The notes beneath the pieces are model-generated. The model was not told where the DNA came from. It was given only the letters and a program-made list of their open reading frames with translations, and did no database searches. This document shows, piece after piece, positions 28,210 through 37,932 of a stretch of DNA of 64,000 nucleotides. The translations under genes were made by a program, and so were the position numbers. Source of the stretch: Halobacteroidaceae bacterium. Its GTDB lineage: Bacteria > Bacillota > Halanaerobiia > B1SED10-174. The stretch lies in contig PUNE01000050.1 in NCBI GenBank assembly GCA_003551665.1, positions 14,892-78,891 of the forward strand, written 5' to 3'. Within the stretch, counting starts at the first letter, position 1, and each line of letters opens with the position of its first letter.

Positions 28210-29458
28210 TCACCCCCACACCATCCGGGATGACGGTAATCCGATCCCGGGAATCAACCATCTCCAGCGCTTTCTCCAGGGAAGGGGCCCATTCCATGTG
28301 CATCTGTTCTACAAGTTCCCGGGATGCTCCCGTGACCATGATGACCCTGAACCTGCTCAGGATCCGGGCCAGGATCTGGGCTTGCCACTGGTCCGGGCAG
28401 GTATCTTCTCGGCTGCGGCTGCATACTTCATCCCATAGTTGGGCTGGAGAACCTGCCCTGGAAAGGTCCTGGAAAAAAGCCTCGCTCCCGTGCCCATCGC
28501 TGCAGCGGGCCAGGGATATTATTGTGCCTCCCTTTCTACAGGCAGCTTCGGCGGCAGTCATCCCTTTAACTGCCTGGTAAATGTTCTGGTCCAGGGGGTA
28601 ACCCCCGTTGGTGGTAATAACTACATCTCCAGGAGAACACTTAACCCGGGTCCAGCGGTCAACAAAATCGCAGCCTGCCCGGTGAGCTGCTTCCGGTTCT
28701 CCCGCAAATGCTGCAACTACCCTGTGGTTATTGTTCAGGGCAACATTGGAAATGAACTTGAGTCCTGCCAGCCTGGCTGCTGCCTGAATTTCCTCCTGGA
28801 CAGGATTCCCTTCCATTATACCCGTCCGGGCGCGGGGGTCGGCGATGAGCTCTGCACAGTGATTACTCAGGATGCTTGCTTCTCCGGCAATCCCGGGTAG
28901 GATGCTTTTTCCTCCGCCCGAAAACCCTGCGAACAAATGGGGTTCTATAAAACCCTCTGCCAGCAGAAGGTCTGCTTCCAGGGCAATCCGATTCAGCTCC
29001 AGCCTCTGGCCCGAGGGCAATTGCCCCACTTCAACCATTTTTTCCCTGTCCCGGGCACTATGAATTATTATTCTTTCCCCCTGCACTATTTCCTGCCCCA
29101 GCTTATCTTCCAGTTCCCGGCCGGTAGGGGCACGATGGTATCCCGTGGCCATTAGTATCGTAATCTCCGTCTCGGGGTTTCCCTTCCTCAGGGCTTCCAG
29201 CAGGGGTGGAAGGGTTATCCTCGAAGGCAGGGGCCGGGTGTGGTCAGAGGTAATTATAACCACCCTGTCCTTTCCCCCGGCCAGAACTGAAAGTGGCGGC
29301 CCTTCAAGGGGAGAAGAAATGGCTTCCTCAATTAATTTCCTGGCCTCTTTCCTGGGCTCCATTCTTCCCAGCTTAGTTGCCAGAAGGCCTCCCATCCTTT
29401 CCTCCGGAAGATCCAAAATAACTTTCTCTTTTCCATAGGGCAAACTGACCTGCATCAA
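28190..29458 (-). CDS. LarA-family (nickel-pincer cofactor dependent) racemase/epimerase-like protein
   Basis: ITSDHTRP, FAGFSGGGKSILPG (the cofactor-tethering Lys context) and ILSNH match LarA motifs as I recall them. It overlaps the DUF523 gene by 20 nt. Confidence 0.8.
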   Translation of the reverse strand: MMQVSLPYGKEKVILDLPEERMGGLLATKLGRMEPRKEARKLIEEAISSPLEGPPLSVLAGGKDRVVIITSDHTRPLPSRITLPPLLEALRKGNPETEITILMATGYHRAPTGRELEDKLGQEIVQGERIIIHSARDREKMVEVGQLPSGQRLELNRIALEADLLLAEGFIEPHLFAGFSGGGKSILPGIAGEASILSNHCAELIADPRARTGIMEGNPVQEEIQAAARLAGLKFISNVALNNNHRVVAAFAGEPEAAHRAGCDFVDRWTRVKCSPGDVVITTNGGYPLDQNIYQAVKGMTAAEAACRKGGTIISLARCSDGHGSEAFFQDLSRAGSPAQLWDEVCSRSREDTCPDQWQAQILARILSRFRVIMVTGASRELVEQMHMEWAPSLEKALEMVDSRDRITVIPDGVGVIVDADC

Positions 29459-29511
29459 ATCTCCTCCCCTTATTGACCCGGGCTGTTTTCCAGGAGTTTA
29501 TTAAATTTTCC

Positions 29512-29787
29512 TCAGCCACCACATACATTGGAAACTGTCAGCGTTAGAACGAATTCGCCTCTCTGCCCTGCCTTGTTGGAAACCTTTTTTAACAGTTCCC
29601 AGACCGCTTCCTGCGAACCCCTTATCATGGTGCTCATTGGCCCCACTTCAACGTCCATTCCTTCAAACCCGTCCAGGTCCGCTATTATTTCTCTGATAAA
29701 CTTTCCATATTCTCGGGTCCCCAGAGGATAGAGAGAAAACTGGCAGGCCAGCTTATTTTTCCCAGCAGGCACAGATAAAACCCCCAT
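29512..29787 (-). CDS. MTH1187/YkoF-like small protein (UPF0045, thiamine-binding fold)
   Basis: ACQFSLYPLGTREY...VGPMSTMIRG...VLTLTVS resembles the YkoF/MTH1187 family. The start is taken as ATG 29787; an alternative GTG lies at 29772. Confidence 0.6.
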   Translation of the reverse strand: MGVLSVPAGKNKLACQFSLYPLGTREYGKFIREIIADLDGFEGMDVEVGPMSTMIRGSQEAVWELLKKVSNKAGQRGEFVLTLTVSNVCGG

Positions 29788-30364
29788 TTCTTTTCCGGGC
29801 CCTGATTCCTTCCTGTTCGATTTCAAGGGCCCTTTTTTCTTCCCCCTCAACGGGAAAATCGGGACCAAAATGCAGTCCGATTTCATAGTGCCCCATTACT
29901 CCTGGCAAAAGATCCATTAATTCCTCCGGTGAAAAAAACCGGGCGTGCTGGAAAACCGGATCCCCCTCCCCGGCAAGCTTCCTGTAGAAATCAGCCCAGG
30001 GACTCTGATCTCCAAGAACTCCAATAACCAGCCTTCCTCCTGGCTTCAGAACCCGCCAGGCTTCCCGGGCAGCTTGATCTGGTTTTTTCAAAAACTCAAA
30101 GACGGTAATACCCATGGCCAGGTGAAAACACTCTGAGGCAAAAGGCAGGTCGTAAACACTGGCCCGTTGGAACTCCACCGGGATATCCTTTCCCCGGATC
30201 TTTTCCCAGGCTTTTTCCAGCATCGGCAGGGAAATATCAACCCCCCTGACCAGAAGCCCTTCCGCGGCCAGCATCAGGGAGTGAACCCCCGTTCCACATC
30301 CCAGATCGAGTGCTTTTTCACCGGTACGGGGAGCGGCCATCTTCAGGGCCAGGTCTATTTCCAC
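29753..30364 (-). CDS. Class I SAM-dependent methyltransferase (start unresolved; the conserved N-terminus continues upstream to ~30439)
   Basis: Motif I LDLGCGTG. The first canonical start is GTG 30364, but in-frame upstream codons encode IIFNREVAKGYDEWYETPLGKLVFR, a typical N-terminus for this family. See findings. Confidence 0.8.
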   Translation of the reverse strand: MEIDLALKMAAPRTGEKALDLGCGTGVHSLMLAAEGLLVRGVDISLPMLEKAWEKIRGKDIPVEFQRASVYDLPFASECFHLAMGITVFEFLKKPDQAAREAWRVLKPGGRLVIGVLGDQSPWADFYRKLAGEGDPVFQHARFFSPEELMDLLPGVMGHYEIGLHFGPDFPVEGEEKRALEIEQEGIRARKRNGGFICACWEK

Positions 30365-30564
30365 CCGGAAGACCAGCTTTCCCAGGGGCGTTTCATACCA
30401 TTCATCATAACCCTTTGCAACCTCCCGGTTAAAAATAATGACCTTTTCACCTCCCCGAATTACCGATCTTATTTTTTATTTCTCTTCTTTTCTCCCAAAC
30501 CCTCCCCCTCTTTCTCACCAAAAAACCAGGAACAGGCCAAATAAAAAGGGGCCACCGCAGGCCC

Positions 30565-31674
30565 CTAAAGTTTTTCCACTTTTTCATCGATTATTATGCC
30601 TCTTTTCCCCAGTTCCTCCAGGAAAATATCCGGATCGATTGCTCCGTCTGCTTCAGGAGAAAAAACACCTCTGCGCTTTATATCACCCCTGCCCACCATG
30701 AAGGTTCCAATACTCAGGGGAATCGAAGTCAGGCGGCGGGGGTTGTCTATAGCTGAAAAACTGTAGCGAAGCCTTTCCCCTCCTTTTTCTCCCTCTACAT
30801 CCACCCGGACACCGGAAAAGGAACGCTTCCTGTTGATGGGGAAAAGGGGCAGCAGGGTTTTTAATAGTTCTCCCACAATCCGGTTTCCGCTGGGAGACCT
30901 TGTAATCCCTACCCTGCTTAAAAACCGGATTAACCGGTTAAAATGGTTTTCCACCAGTCCACCCTTAAGCCTGACCTCCTGGATACCCTCAAAAAAAAGA
31001 GGCATGGTAATGGGCTCGGGGTGACCTGATTCGAACACATTAACCTCTCCAAGGGGATGGGGAAACTCAATTTTCTGGTGACCGCTCCCGGCAACCACCT
31101 CAACCTGCTTTCCTCCCTGGAAAGAGGGCACCTTCCCGCTAAAAACATGCACCAGGTGCAGGAGCACAGTCAGGCCCACCGCATCTCCGGTACTACCGGT
31201 CCAGTAAATGTGGACCTTGTCTGCCCGGTCCAGCATTTTATAGCCCTTGCGGGCCAGAACATTACTCAATCCCGGAGTCCAGCCCATTCCACTTAAAATT
31301 ATCTGACCCGACTCCTGGGCTTCATTATCCAGGGGTAGAATTGAGGCGATGGCATCATGGTCGTCACATATGCTAACGTAATTGACTCCGGCTTCCAGTG
31401 CTGCCTCTACAAGGGGTCTTTCAAACTGGAAAAAAGGGCCCAGGGCACCAGCGACAACATCATAGCCCCGCATGGCTCCAACCAGGGCATCCCGGGAGGT
31501 AGCATCAATCATCTGCACCCTTGCCTTGTCCTGTCCCGCAGTGGCTGCCAGGTTCCTGGCCACCTTAACGTTGATATCAGCAATAGTAACCTGTTCAACT
31601 TCGGGAATATTAACCAGATCACGGACTGCAGCAGCTCCCATATCTCCAGCGCCGCCCAGTACCATTACTCTCAT
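30565..31674 (-). CDS. Saccharopine dehydrogenase-like NAD(P)-binding oxidoreductase
   Basis: MRVMVLGGAGDMGAAAVRDL Rossmann start followed by a Sacchrp_dh-like C-terminal half. ATG 31674 is chosen over the longer track ORF. Confidence 0.75.
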   Translation of the reverse strand: MRVMVLGGAGDMGAAAVRDLVNIPEVEQVTIADINVKVARNLAATAGQDKARVQMIDATSRDALVGAMRGYDVVAGALGPFFQFERPLVEAALEAGVNYVSICDDHDAIASILPLDNEAQESGQIILSGMGWTPGLSNVLARKGYKMLDRADKVHIYWTGSTGDAVGLTVLLHLVHVFSGKVPSFQGGKQVEVVAGSGHQKIEFPHPLGEVNVFESGHPEPITMPLFFEGIQEVRLKGGLVENHFNRLIRFLSRVGITRSPSGNRIVGELLKTLLPLFPINRKRSFSGVRVDVEGEKGGERLRYSFSAIDNPRRLTSIPLSIGTFMVGRGDIKRRGVFSPEADGAIDPDIFLEELGKRGIIIDEKVEKL

Positions 31675-31861
31675 TTTACCACCGCCTTTTCCGCAGTTTT
31701 TGCAGTAAAATCCAGGGCGGATCCTGTTTCCTGGACTTTTCCTCAGCATATTTAGGCTCTTTCTGCCGCGAACATTTCCTTCTCCTGCCCGGAAAACCAC
31801 AAAAGCAAGCTATCAAAAACCTTGGGGATCCGCTCAGCGGACAGAAATAATCCACCAGGTT

Positions 31862-32791
31862 TTATTCTTTCTCGTAGGGTTTGCCAATTGCCTTGGGAGG
31901 AGTCGCCCGGCCGATAAATCCCGCAAGGGCAACCATGGTTAAAATATAGGGAACCATCTGGACGAACTGGGACGGTATCCCCAGCTCCTGGAGCCTCATC
32001 TGGACTGCATTGGCAAAGCCAAACAACAGACTTGCTCCCAGGGCCCCAAAAGGAGTCCACTTGCCGAAAATCATTGCTGCCAGGGCGATAAAACCCCGAC
32101 CTGCAGTCATCTGGTCTCCAAAGCGGCTGAGGTGGGCAATAGAAAGGTAGGCTCCACCCAAGCCAGCCATGGCCCCACTGACAATTACTGCCAGGTATCT
32201 GGTCAAAAACACATTGATCCCCACGGTATCAGCTGCCTTGGGGTGTTCTCCCACCGAACGCAGGCGGAGACCCCAGACAGTCCTGAAGAGAAAGATGTGG
32301 ACCAGAACCACTATTATCAGGGCCATATATACCATGATATTATGAGTGCCAAAAATTGGGCCAATTAACGGAATCCGATTAATCAGAGGTATGGTTACAA
32401 CGGGAAGTCTGGATACCGCCGGTGAAGTACCGGCTACATCAAAAATCCAGCGCAGGAGGAAGACAGTTACACCCCCGGCAAAAATATTAATCGCAGTTCC
32501 GCTAACCACCTGGTTAACCTTGTAAGTAACCGAAGCAACAGCATGGACCAGGCCCATTAAGGCACCTGCAAGTAAGGCTCCGATCAGGCCGAGCCAGGGT
32601 TGACCGGTAAAATAGCTGGTCAGCATCCCGGTAAAAGCCCCGACCAGCATCATCCCTTCCAGGCCAATATTAATCACGCCGCTCCGCTCGGCAAAAATTC
32701 CCCCCATGGAAGTTAAAATCAGGGGAGTTGCCATGCGCAGGGCTGCAGCGAGAACAGTTGCATTAACAAAATATACCAGGTAATCCCACAT
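31862..32791 (-). CDS. Nucleoside/simple-sugar ABC transporter permease (Bmp-system, NupQ/YufQ-like)
   Basis: Polytopic membrane protein with BPD_transp_2-like composition. It lies in an operon with a Bmp lipoprotein and a double ATPase. Confidence 0.85.
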   Translation of the reverse strand: MWDYLVYFVNATVLAAALRMATPLILTSMGGIFAERSGVINIGLEGMMLVGAFTGMLTSYFTGQPWLGLIGALLAGALMGLVHAVASVTYKVNQVVSGTAINIFAGGVTVFLLRWIFDVAGTSPAVSRLPVVTIPLINRIPLIGPIFGTHNIMVYMALIIVVLVHIFLFRTVWGLRLRSVGEHPKAADTVGINVFLTRYLAVIVSGAMAGLGGAYLSIAHLSRFGDQMTAGRGFIALAAMIFGKWTPFGALGASLLFGFANAVQMRLQELGIPSQFVQMVPYILTMVALAGFIGRATPPKAIGKPYEKE

Positions 32792-32792
32792 A

Positions 32793-33869
32793 TCAGGCCC
32801 GCCTCCTTCTCTGCATAAGGCGTCTGGTAAGCTCTTCAGCGGCTACAAACATAATAATCAGGGCCTGGATGATGACCACCAGTTCCCGGGGAACATCTGT
32901 CAGCCTGTCCATGGCCGCAGCCCCGGTTCGCAAGGCCCCGAAAAGAACAGCCGCAAAAAACACACCAACGGGGTGGTTTTTCCCCAGGAGGGCCACGGCA
33001 ATTCCCATGAAGCCAAGGTCAGGGGAAAACCTTTGAATAAAACGACCGTGCACTCCGAGAATCTGCTCAACACCGGCCAGGCTGGCCAGGGCCCCGCTGA
33101 AAACCATTGCCATAATCATATTCCTGGAGATACTAATACCTCCGTATTCAGCAGCAGTGGGATTAAAACCAACTGCCCTGATTTCATAACCCAGGCGGGT
33201 TCTCCATAGGAAAATATAGACAATTATTATGGCAGCAATGGCGATAATTATCCCCGTATTGAGGCGGCTGGGAGGTAGAAGGCGGCTCAGTTCTGCTGTA
33301 GGAAGAATACGGGCAGTCTCGGGAGTCCAGCGCCCGCCGTGAAAGGGGCCGGTGACAAGGTAATCGGTGAGAAAATAAGCAATAAAATTCATCATAATCG
33401 TGTTGATTACCTCGTGCACTCCAAGTTTGGCCTTGAGCAATCCGGGCACCGAAGCCCAGATCCCTCCCGCTGCCATTCCCGCCAGGACAGCCATGGGCAG
33501 GTGGATTACCTTCGGAAGTCCGCTGAAAGTAATTCCCACTATAACTGCTGCCATTGCCCCAACATAGAGCTGTCCTTCAGCTCCAATATTAAAGAGCCCA
33601 CAGCGGAAGGCAAAGGCAACTGCAAGTCCTGTAAAAATAAGGGGGGTTGCCCGCTGCAGGGTTGCTGCAATACTGTCCATCCCAACGAGGGAATTGGAAA
33701 AAAGGACCCGGTAGGCTTCAATGGGGTTTTCTCCAACTATCAAAATAAAGATTGCTCCCACCAGGAGGGCCAGTATAACCGAAACTATGGGAGTTAAAAT
33801 TTCCCTTGAGGTCAGGCTACTCTGTTCCAGTTTCAACAGTATCCCCTCCCCTGTCTTTCCGGGCTTCAC
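32793..33869 (-). CDS. Nucleoside/simple-sugar ABC transporter permease (NupP/YufP-like)
   Basis: Polytopic membrane protein adjacent to the paralogous permease. The start may lie downstream, since the track ORF overlaps the ATPase by 53 nt. Confidence 0.85.
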   Translation of the reverse strand: MKPGKTGEGILLKLEQSSLTSREILTPIVSVILALLVGAIFILIVGENPIEAYRVLFSNSLVGMDSIAATLQRATPLIFTGLAVAFAFRCGLFNIGAEGQLYVGAMAAVIVGITFSGLPKVIHLPMAVLAGMAAGGIWASVPGLLKAKLGVHEVINTIMMNFIAYFLTDYLVTGPFHGGRWTPETARILPTAELSRLLPPSRLNTGIIIAIAAIIIVYIFLWRTRLGYEIRAVGFNPTAAEYGGISISRNMIMAMVFSGALASLAGVEQILGVHGRFIQRFSPDLGFMGIAVALLGKNHPVGVFFAAVLFGALRTGAAAMDRLTDVPRELVVIIQALIIMFVAAEELTRRLMQRRRRA

Positions 33870-35376
33870 CGCCGAGCATCAGGCTGCCCAGTTTTTTCTC
33901 GTCTGCTTCTTCAACCGGCATTTCTCCAACAATCCTTCCTTCATACATTACTGCAATTCTATCGCTCAGGGAAAGTATCTCGTCAAGTTCAGCAGATACC
34001 AGGAGAATGGCCGCACCTTTGTCCCTCTGGTCAATAACCTGCTTGTGGATAAATTCAATGGCTCCAATATCCAGACCCCGGGTGGGCTGGGAGCAAATCA
34101 AAAACTTGGGTTTTCGGGAAAATTCTCTGGCAGCAACAATTTTCTGCTGGTTACCTCCAGAAAAAGTGCTGACCTGCTGCTGGATATTGGGCGGCCTGAC
34201 ATCGTATTCTTCTACCAGCCTCCCTGCATTTTCCTTAATTGCCCTTTCATCCCTGATGAAAAATCTCTGCACAAAAGGTGGTTCTGTATGGAAACCGAGA
34301 ATCATGTTGTCCGCAACATTAAAATCCAGAATAAGTCCCCGTTTGTGCCGGTCTTCGGGAATATAACCAATTCTTTTTTTCTTGATCTGCATGGCATTTA
34401 AATTCTGAAGTTCTTTGCCTTCAAGAGTTATCTTGCCCTTGTCCGCCCGGAGGAGACCTGTTATTGCCTCCACCATTTCCTGCTGTCCATTACCCTCAAC
34501 CCCTGCAATTCCAAGGATTTCACCCTCCCTGATTTCCAGGGAAACACCTTTAACCCTCTTGGTCCCTCTCTGGTCCCGGACCTCAAGATCGGAAACAGAA
34601 AAAACCTTTTCTCCCGGCTGGGCCTTTTCCTTTTCCACCCGGAGGAGCACCTCCCGGCCAACCATCATCTCCGCCAGTTCGGGCCGGTCTGTTTCGCTGG
34701 TGTTTTTGGTCCCTACAAGTTTCCCGCGCCGGAGGACACTGACCCGGTCGGAGATTTCAAGAACCTCCCGGATCTTATGGGTTATAAAAATAATGGTTGT
34801 CCCCTGTTCCTTGAGATTTCGCATGACTCCGAATAATTCTTCTGTTTCCTGGGGGGTAAGCACCGCAGTAGGTTCGTCAAGAATTAATATGTCAGCCTTA
34901 CGGTAAAGGGCCTTCAGGATTTCCAGTCTCTGCTGCTGGCCGACGGAAATATCCTCAACCCTGGCACCTGTTTCAACCCGCAGTCCATATTCGCGAGAGA
35001 GGCGAGCCACTTCTTTTTCCGCCCCCCTGAAATCAATAAACCCTCTTTTCTGTGGCTCCGACCCCAGAATTACGTTTTCAAAAACCGTAAGTGGTTCAAC
35101 CAGCATAAAGTGCTGGAAGACCATGCCAATTCCATGGTCGATAGCCTGCCGGGGCTCAGTGATTTTGGTTTTTTCCCCGCGCAGAAAAATTTCCCCCTCG
35201 TCTGCATTGTAAAGGCCGTAGAGAATATTCATCAAAGTGGATTTTCCAGACCCGTTTTCTCCTACCAGGGCATGAATCTCTCCCGCCCTGATATCCAGGG
35301 AAATTTTGTCGTTGGCAACCACCCCTGGAAAACGCTTGGTTATATTCTTTAATTCCAGGATATTTTGCACACCCAT
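33817..35376 (-). CDS. ABC transporter ATP-binding protein with duplicated ATPase domains (RbsA/NupO-like)
   Basis: Two ABC cassettes: GENGSGKST...SVGQQQRLEILKAL...ILDEPT, and a second signature FSGGNQQK... Confidence 0.9.
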   Translation of the reverse strand: MGVQNILELKNITKRFPGVVANDKISLDIRAGEIHALVGENGSGKSTLMNILYGLYNADEGEIFLRGEKTKITEPRQAIDHGIGMVFQHFMLVEPLTVFENVILGSEPQKRGFIDFRGAEKEVARLSREYGLRVETGARVEDISVGQQQRLEILKALYRKADILILDEPTAVLTPQETEELFGVMRNLKEQGTTIIFITHKIREVLEISDRVSVLRRGKLVGTKNTSETDRPELAEMMVGREVLLRVEKEKAQPGEKVFSVSDLEVRDQRGTKRVKGVSLEIREGEILGIAGVEGNGQQEMVEAITGLLRADKGKITLEGKELQNLNAMQIKKKRIGYIPEDRHKRGLILDFNVADNMILGFHTEPPFVQRFFIRDERAIKENAGRLVEEYDVRPPNIQQQVSTFSGGNQQKIVAAREFSRKPKFLICSQPTRGLDIGAIEFIHKQVIDQRDKGAAILLVSAELDEILSLSDRIAVMYEGRIVGEMPVEEADEKKLGSLMLGGEARKDRGGDTVETGTE

Positions 35377-35444
35377 TCCCTCCTAAGAAAAGCAAAGGAG
35401 GGGGCAGCCCCTCCTTTGCTATCTTTCACCTTCTTCAGCTCCAA

Positions 35445-36431
35445 TTAATCGTGGGCACTGCTTACTTCAATTTCTCCGTCAATAATCATTTCCTTGATTA
35501 CCTCAAGGTCCTGCTTGATATCGTCGGGGATCAGGTGGTCGGTGTAGGGGAAATCAGTCAGTCCGACACCACCATCAGCAACACCAAACCTGTGGACGCC
35601 GGCATGGAATTCTCCCTTGACCAGGTCTTCGATAATGTTATAAACGGCTACGTCAACCCTCTTCAGCATGGATGTAAGAATCTGGCCGGGAACAATGCCG
35701 TCCTGTTCGCTGTCAACACCAATGGCATAGAAATCGTTTTCTTCTGCTGCTTCAAAAACGCCCATTCCGGTTCCACCCGCAGCATGATAGATAATGTCGG
35801 CGCCACGCTCGAACTGGCTTACAGCAAGCTCTTTACCTGTACCCGGGTCACCAAAGTCTCCGGCGTAGTTGATCAGAATGGTGGCATCGGGGTTTGCATA
35901 TTCGACACCCTGTTCATAACCAGTCTGGAAGTTAAATATTACAGGAACTTCCATTCCCCCCACAAAACCGACAGTGTTGGTTTCAGTCATTCTTCCTGCC
36001 AGGTATCCGGCCAGGAAAGAACCTTCATGCTCTTTGAAGACCAGGCTGGCAACGTTGGGCTTGTCGGCCAGGTAATCACTGTCAACAATGGCCAGCTTGG
36101 CATCAGGATAATCCCGGGCAACTGCTTCCAGCCCGGATTCCTGCAAAAAGCCAATGGCAATTATCAGGTCATACCCTTCTTCGACAAAAGCCCGCTGATG
36201 ATCTTCCATTTCGGCAATGTCATCAGGCTCCACGTAATCTAATTGAATACCGAAATCATCCCTGGCCTGGGTTGCTCCCTTGAAGGCTGCATCGTTGAAG
36301 GACTCATCACCAAGACCTCCGATTGAAAAAACCACTCCTACTTTAAGCTGGTTAGCTTCTGCTTGCTGCCCCATGGGCAACGAGAAAAGCAAAGCAAAGA
36401 CAAAAATCAAGCTCAAGATTTTTCGCACCAT
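35445..36431 (-). CDS. BMP-family (Med/PnrA/NupN-like) nucleoside-binding protein
   Basis: Signal peptide, KVGVVFSIGGLGDESFNDAAFKG and GFVGGMEVPVI motifs typical of Bmp proteins. ATG 36431 follows GGAGGG; the track start is 36446. Confidence 0.85.
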   Translation of the reverse strand: MVRKILSLIFVFALLFSLPMGQQAEANQLKVGVVFSIGGLGDESFNDAAFKGATQARDDFGIQLDYVEPDDIAEMEDHQRAFVEEGYDLIIAIGFLQESGLEAVARDYPDAKLAIVDSDYLADKPNVASLVFKEHEGSFLAGYLAGRMTETNTVGFVGGMEVPVIFNFQTGYEQGVEYANPDATILINYAGDFGDPGTGKELAVSQFERGADIIYHAAGGTGMGVFEAAEENDFYAIGVDSEQDGIVPGQILTSMLKRVDVAVYNIIEDLVKGEFHAGVHRFGVADGGVGLTDFPYTDHLIPDDIKQDLEVIKEMIIDGEIEVSSAHD

Positions 36432-36603
36432 AACACCCTCCTTCATTTTTTTTCTTTACCGCCTTTATTAATTTCGTTATTTTACCTGAAACTCCTGCGT
36501 TGACCTCCCTGTCAATATTCTTTTCGGCAAACAATCGCATATTTCCTGCGCAACTAGAGGAATTCATTTATCACTGTGGAATTGCCACCTTAAGGTGGTG
36601 GAC

Positions 36604-37899
36604 ATGTTTAATTTCCTTTTTAAAAGACGGATAGAAAAAAATATCCCTCCTTCCATCCGGGAATTGATTTTTTACCTGGAAAATAAAGAAATTCCGGCCT
36701 TTCTGGTTGGAGGCTCACTTCGGAGCATTTTGCTCAACAAAACCCCTTCTGACTGGGATCTGGCCGTTCAGACCTCCCTGGAAGAACTGGAAAAAATTTT
36801 TCGCGAGACTAAGGGACTGGGCAGAAAATTTGGAACCCTCCTGGTTCGGTGGCAGGGAGAAATGCTCGAGGTTTCCTGTCTGCAGAAGAACAATATCGAG
36901 GAGGATCTCCAAAGGCGTGATTTTACAATTAACGCCCTGGCCTGGAACCCCCAAAAGGGTTTGCTCGACCCCCTGGATGCCAGAAGCGACCTCCGCAAAA
37001 AAATTATCAGGTCTGCGGGTGAGCCCGGTGAAAGGTTCCAGGAGGACCCCCTCCGGATTCTCCGCTTTTTCCGCTTCCAAAGCCAGCTAGATTTCAAAGG
37101 AGAAAAAAATACCTTCCGAGCAATCAAACCAGCCCTGCTCGAATCAGTTGCCCCGGAAAGAATTGCTGCTGAAATGGACCGGCTGCTCATCGGGACCGCT
37201 GTAGAGCGGGCCCTGGAGGGGATGCTGGCTTCGGGGGTACTGGAAACAATAATTCCTGAATTTAAGCCCCTCCTTTCAGTTCCCGGGGCAGCAGGACACA
37301 CCCTTCGAACTGTTGCAGCAATCAAACCCCGGGCTGACCTACGCTGGGCTGCTCTACTGCACGACATTGCCAAGGGACATACCTTCAGCCCCGGGGAAAA
37401 ACCCCTCTTTCCCGGGCATGAAAAGCTTGGTTCCCAGCTTGGAGCGCAAATCCTTGCCCGCCTCAGGTTGAGCAAAGCCCGCCGGGAAAAAATTAATACC
37501 CTGATCCGCTGGCACATGTTCGATATGGATCCACGGCTCAGTGACGCTGCACTCAGGCGCTTTATCAAAAAAACGGGCCCGGAAAACGTCATGGACCTGA
37601 TTGAACTACGCAGGGCCGACATTATCGGCACCACTAAACAATTCCACCGCGCGGGACCAACGGTTAAAGCCTACAGAAACCGCATCAGAGAACTGCTTGA
37701 AGGAGACTCCGTATTTTCTCACCAGGACCTGGCGGTAAATGGAAATGACCTGATGGAATACTTTAACCTGGAAGAGGGACCCGAGGTAGGTGAACTCCTG
37801 GATAGAGCTTTTCACTGGATCCAGGAGAACCCCGAAAACAATACCCGGGAAAAAATTTTAAAATATCTGGAAAAGCAAAAAAAAGACCCGCCAGATTAA
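36604..37899 (+). CDS. cca: CCA-adding enzyme / tRNA nucleotidyltransferase with HD domain
   Basis: Head domain LVGGSLRSILLNKTPSDWDLA...RRDFTINALA, followed by an HD region LLHDIAK. ATG 36604 has GGTGG 5 nt upstream. Confidence 0.85.
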   Translation: MFNFLFKRRIEKNIPPSIRELIFYLENKEIPAFLVGGSLRSILLNKTPSDWDLAVQTSLEELEKIFRETKGLGRKFGTLLVRWQGEMLEVSCLQKNNIEEDLQRRDFTINALAWNPQKGLLDPLDARSDLRKKIIRSAGEPGERFQEDPLRILRFFRFQSQLDFKGEKNTFRAIKPALLESVAPERIAAEMDRLLIGTAVERALEGMLASGVLETIIPEFKPLLSVPGAAGHTLRTVAAIKPRADLRWAALLHDIAKGHTFSPGEKPLFPGHEKLGSQLGAQILARLRLSKARREKINTLIRWHMFDMDPRLSDAALRRFIKKTGPENVMDLIELRRADIIGTTKQFHRAGPTVKAYRNRIRELLEGDSVFSHQDLAVNGNDLMEYFNLEEGPEVGELLDRAFHWIQENPENNTREKILKYLEKQKKDPPD

Positions 37900-37913
37900 A
37901 CTGCTCCGGGTCT
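37884..37913. terminator. Hairpin serving the convergent cca and arsR-like genes
   Basis: agacccg (37884-37890) pairs with cgggtct (37907-37913). There are 8 A in a row just upstream on plus (37877-37884; its last A is also the first stem base), giving a U-run after the hairpin on minus, with TTCTT downstream. Confidence 0.5.
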
Positions 37914-37932
37914 TTCTTAATAAAATGTTATT

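Noticed and set aside
35451-36242. 263-aa plus-strand ORF
   Set aside because: It is antisense to the Bmp-family gene, has no RBS, and its product is low-complexity.
36768-37634. 288-aa minus-strand ORF
   Set aside because: It is antisense to the cca gene. Its Arg/Ser/Pro-rich product is typical of reverse-frame translation.
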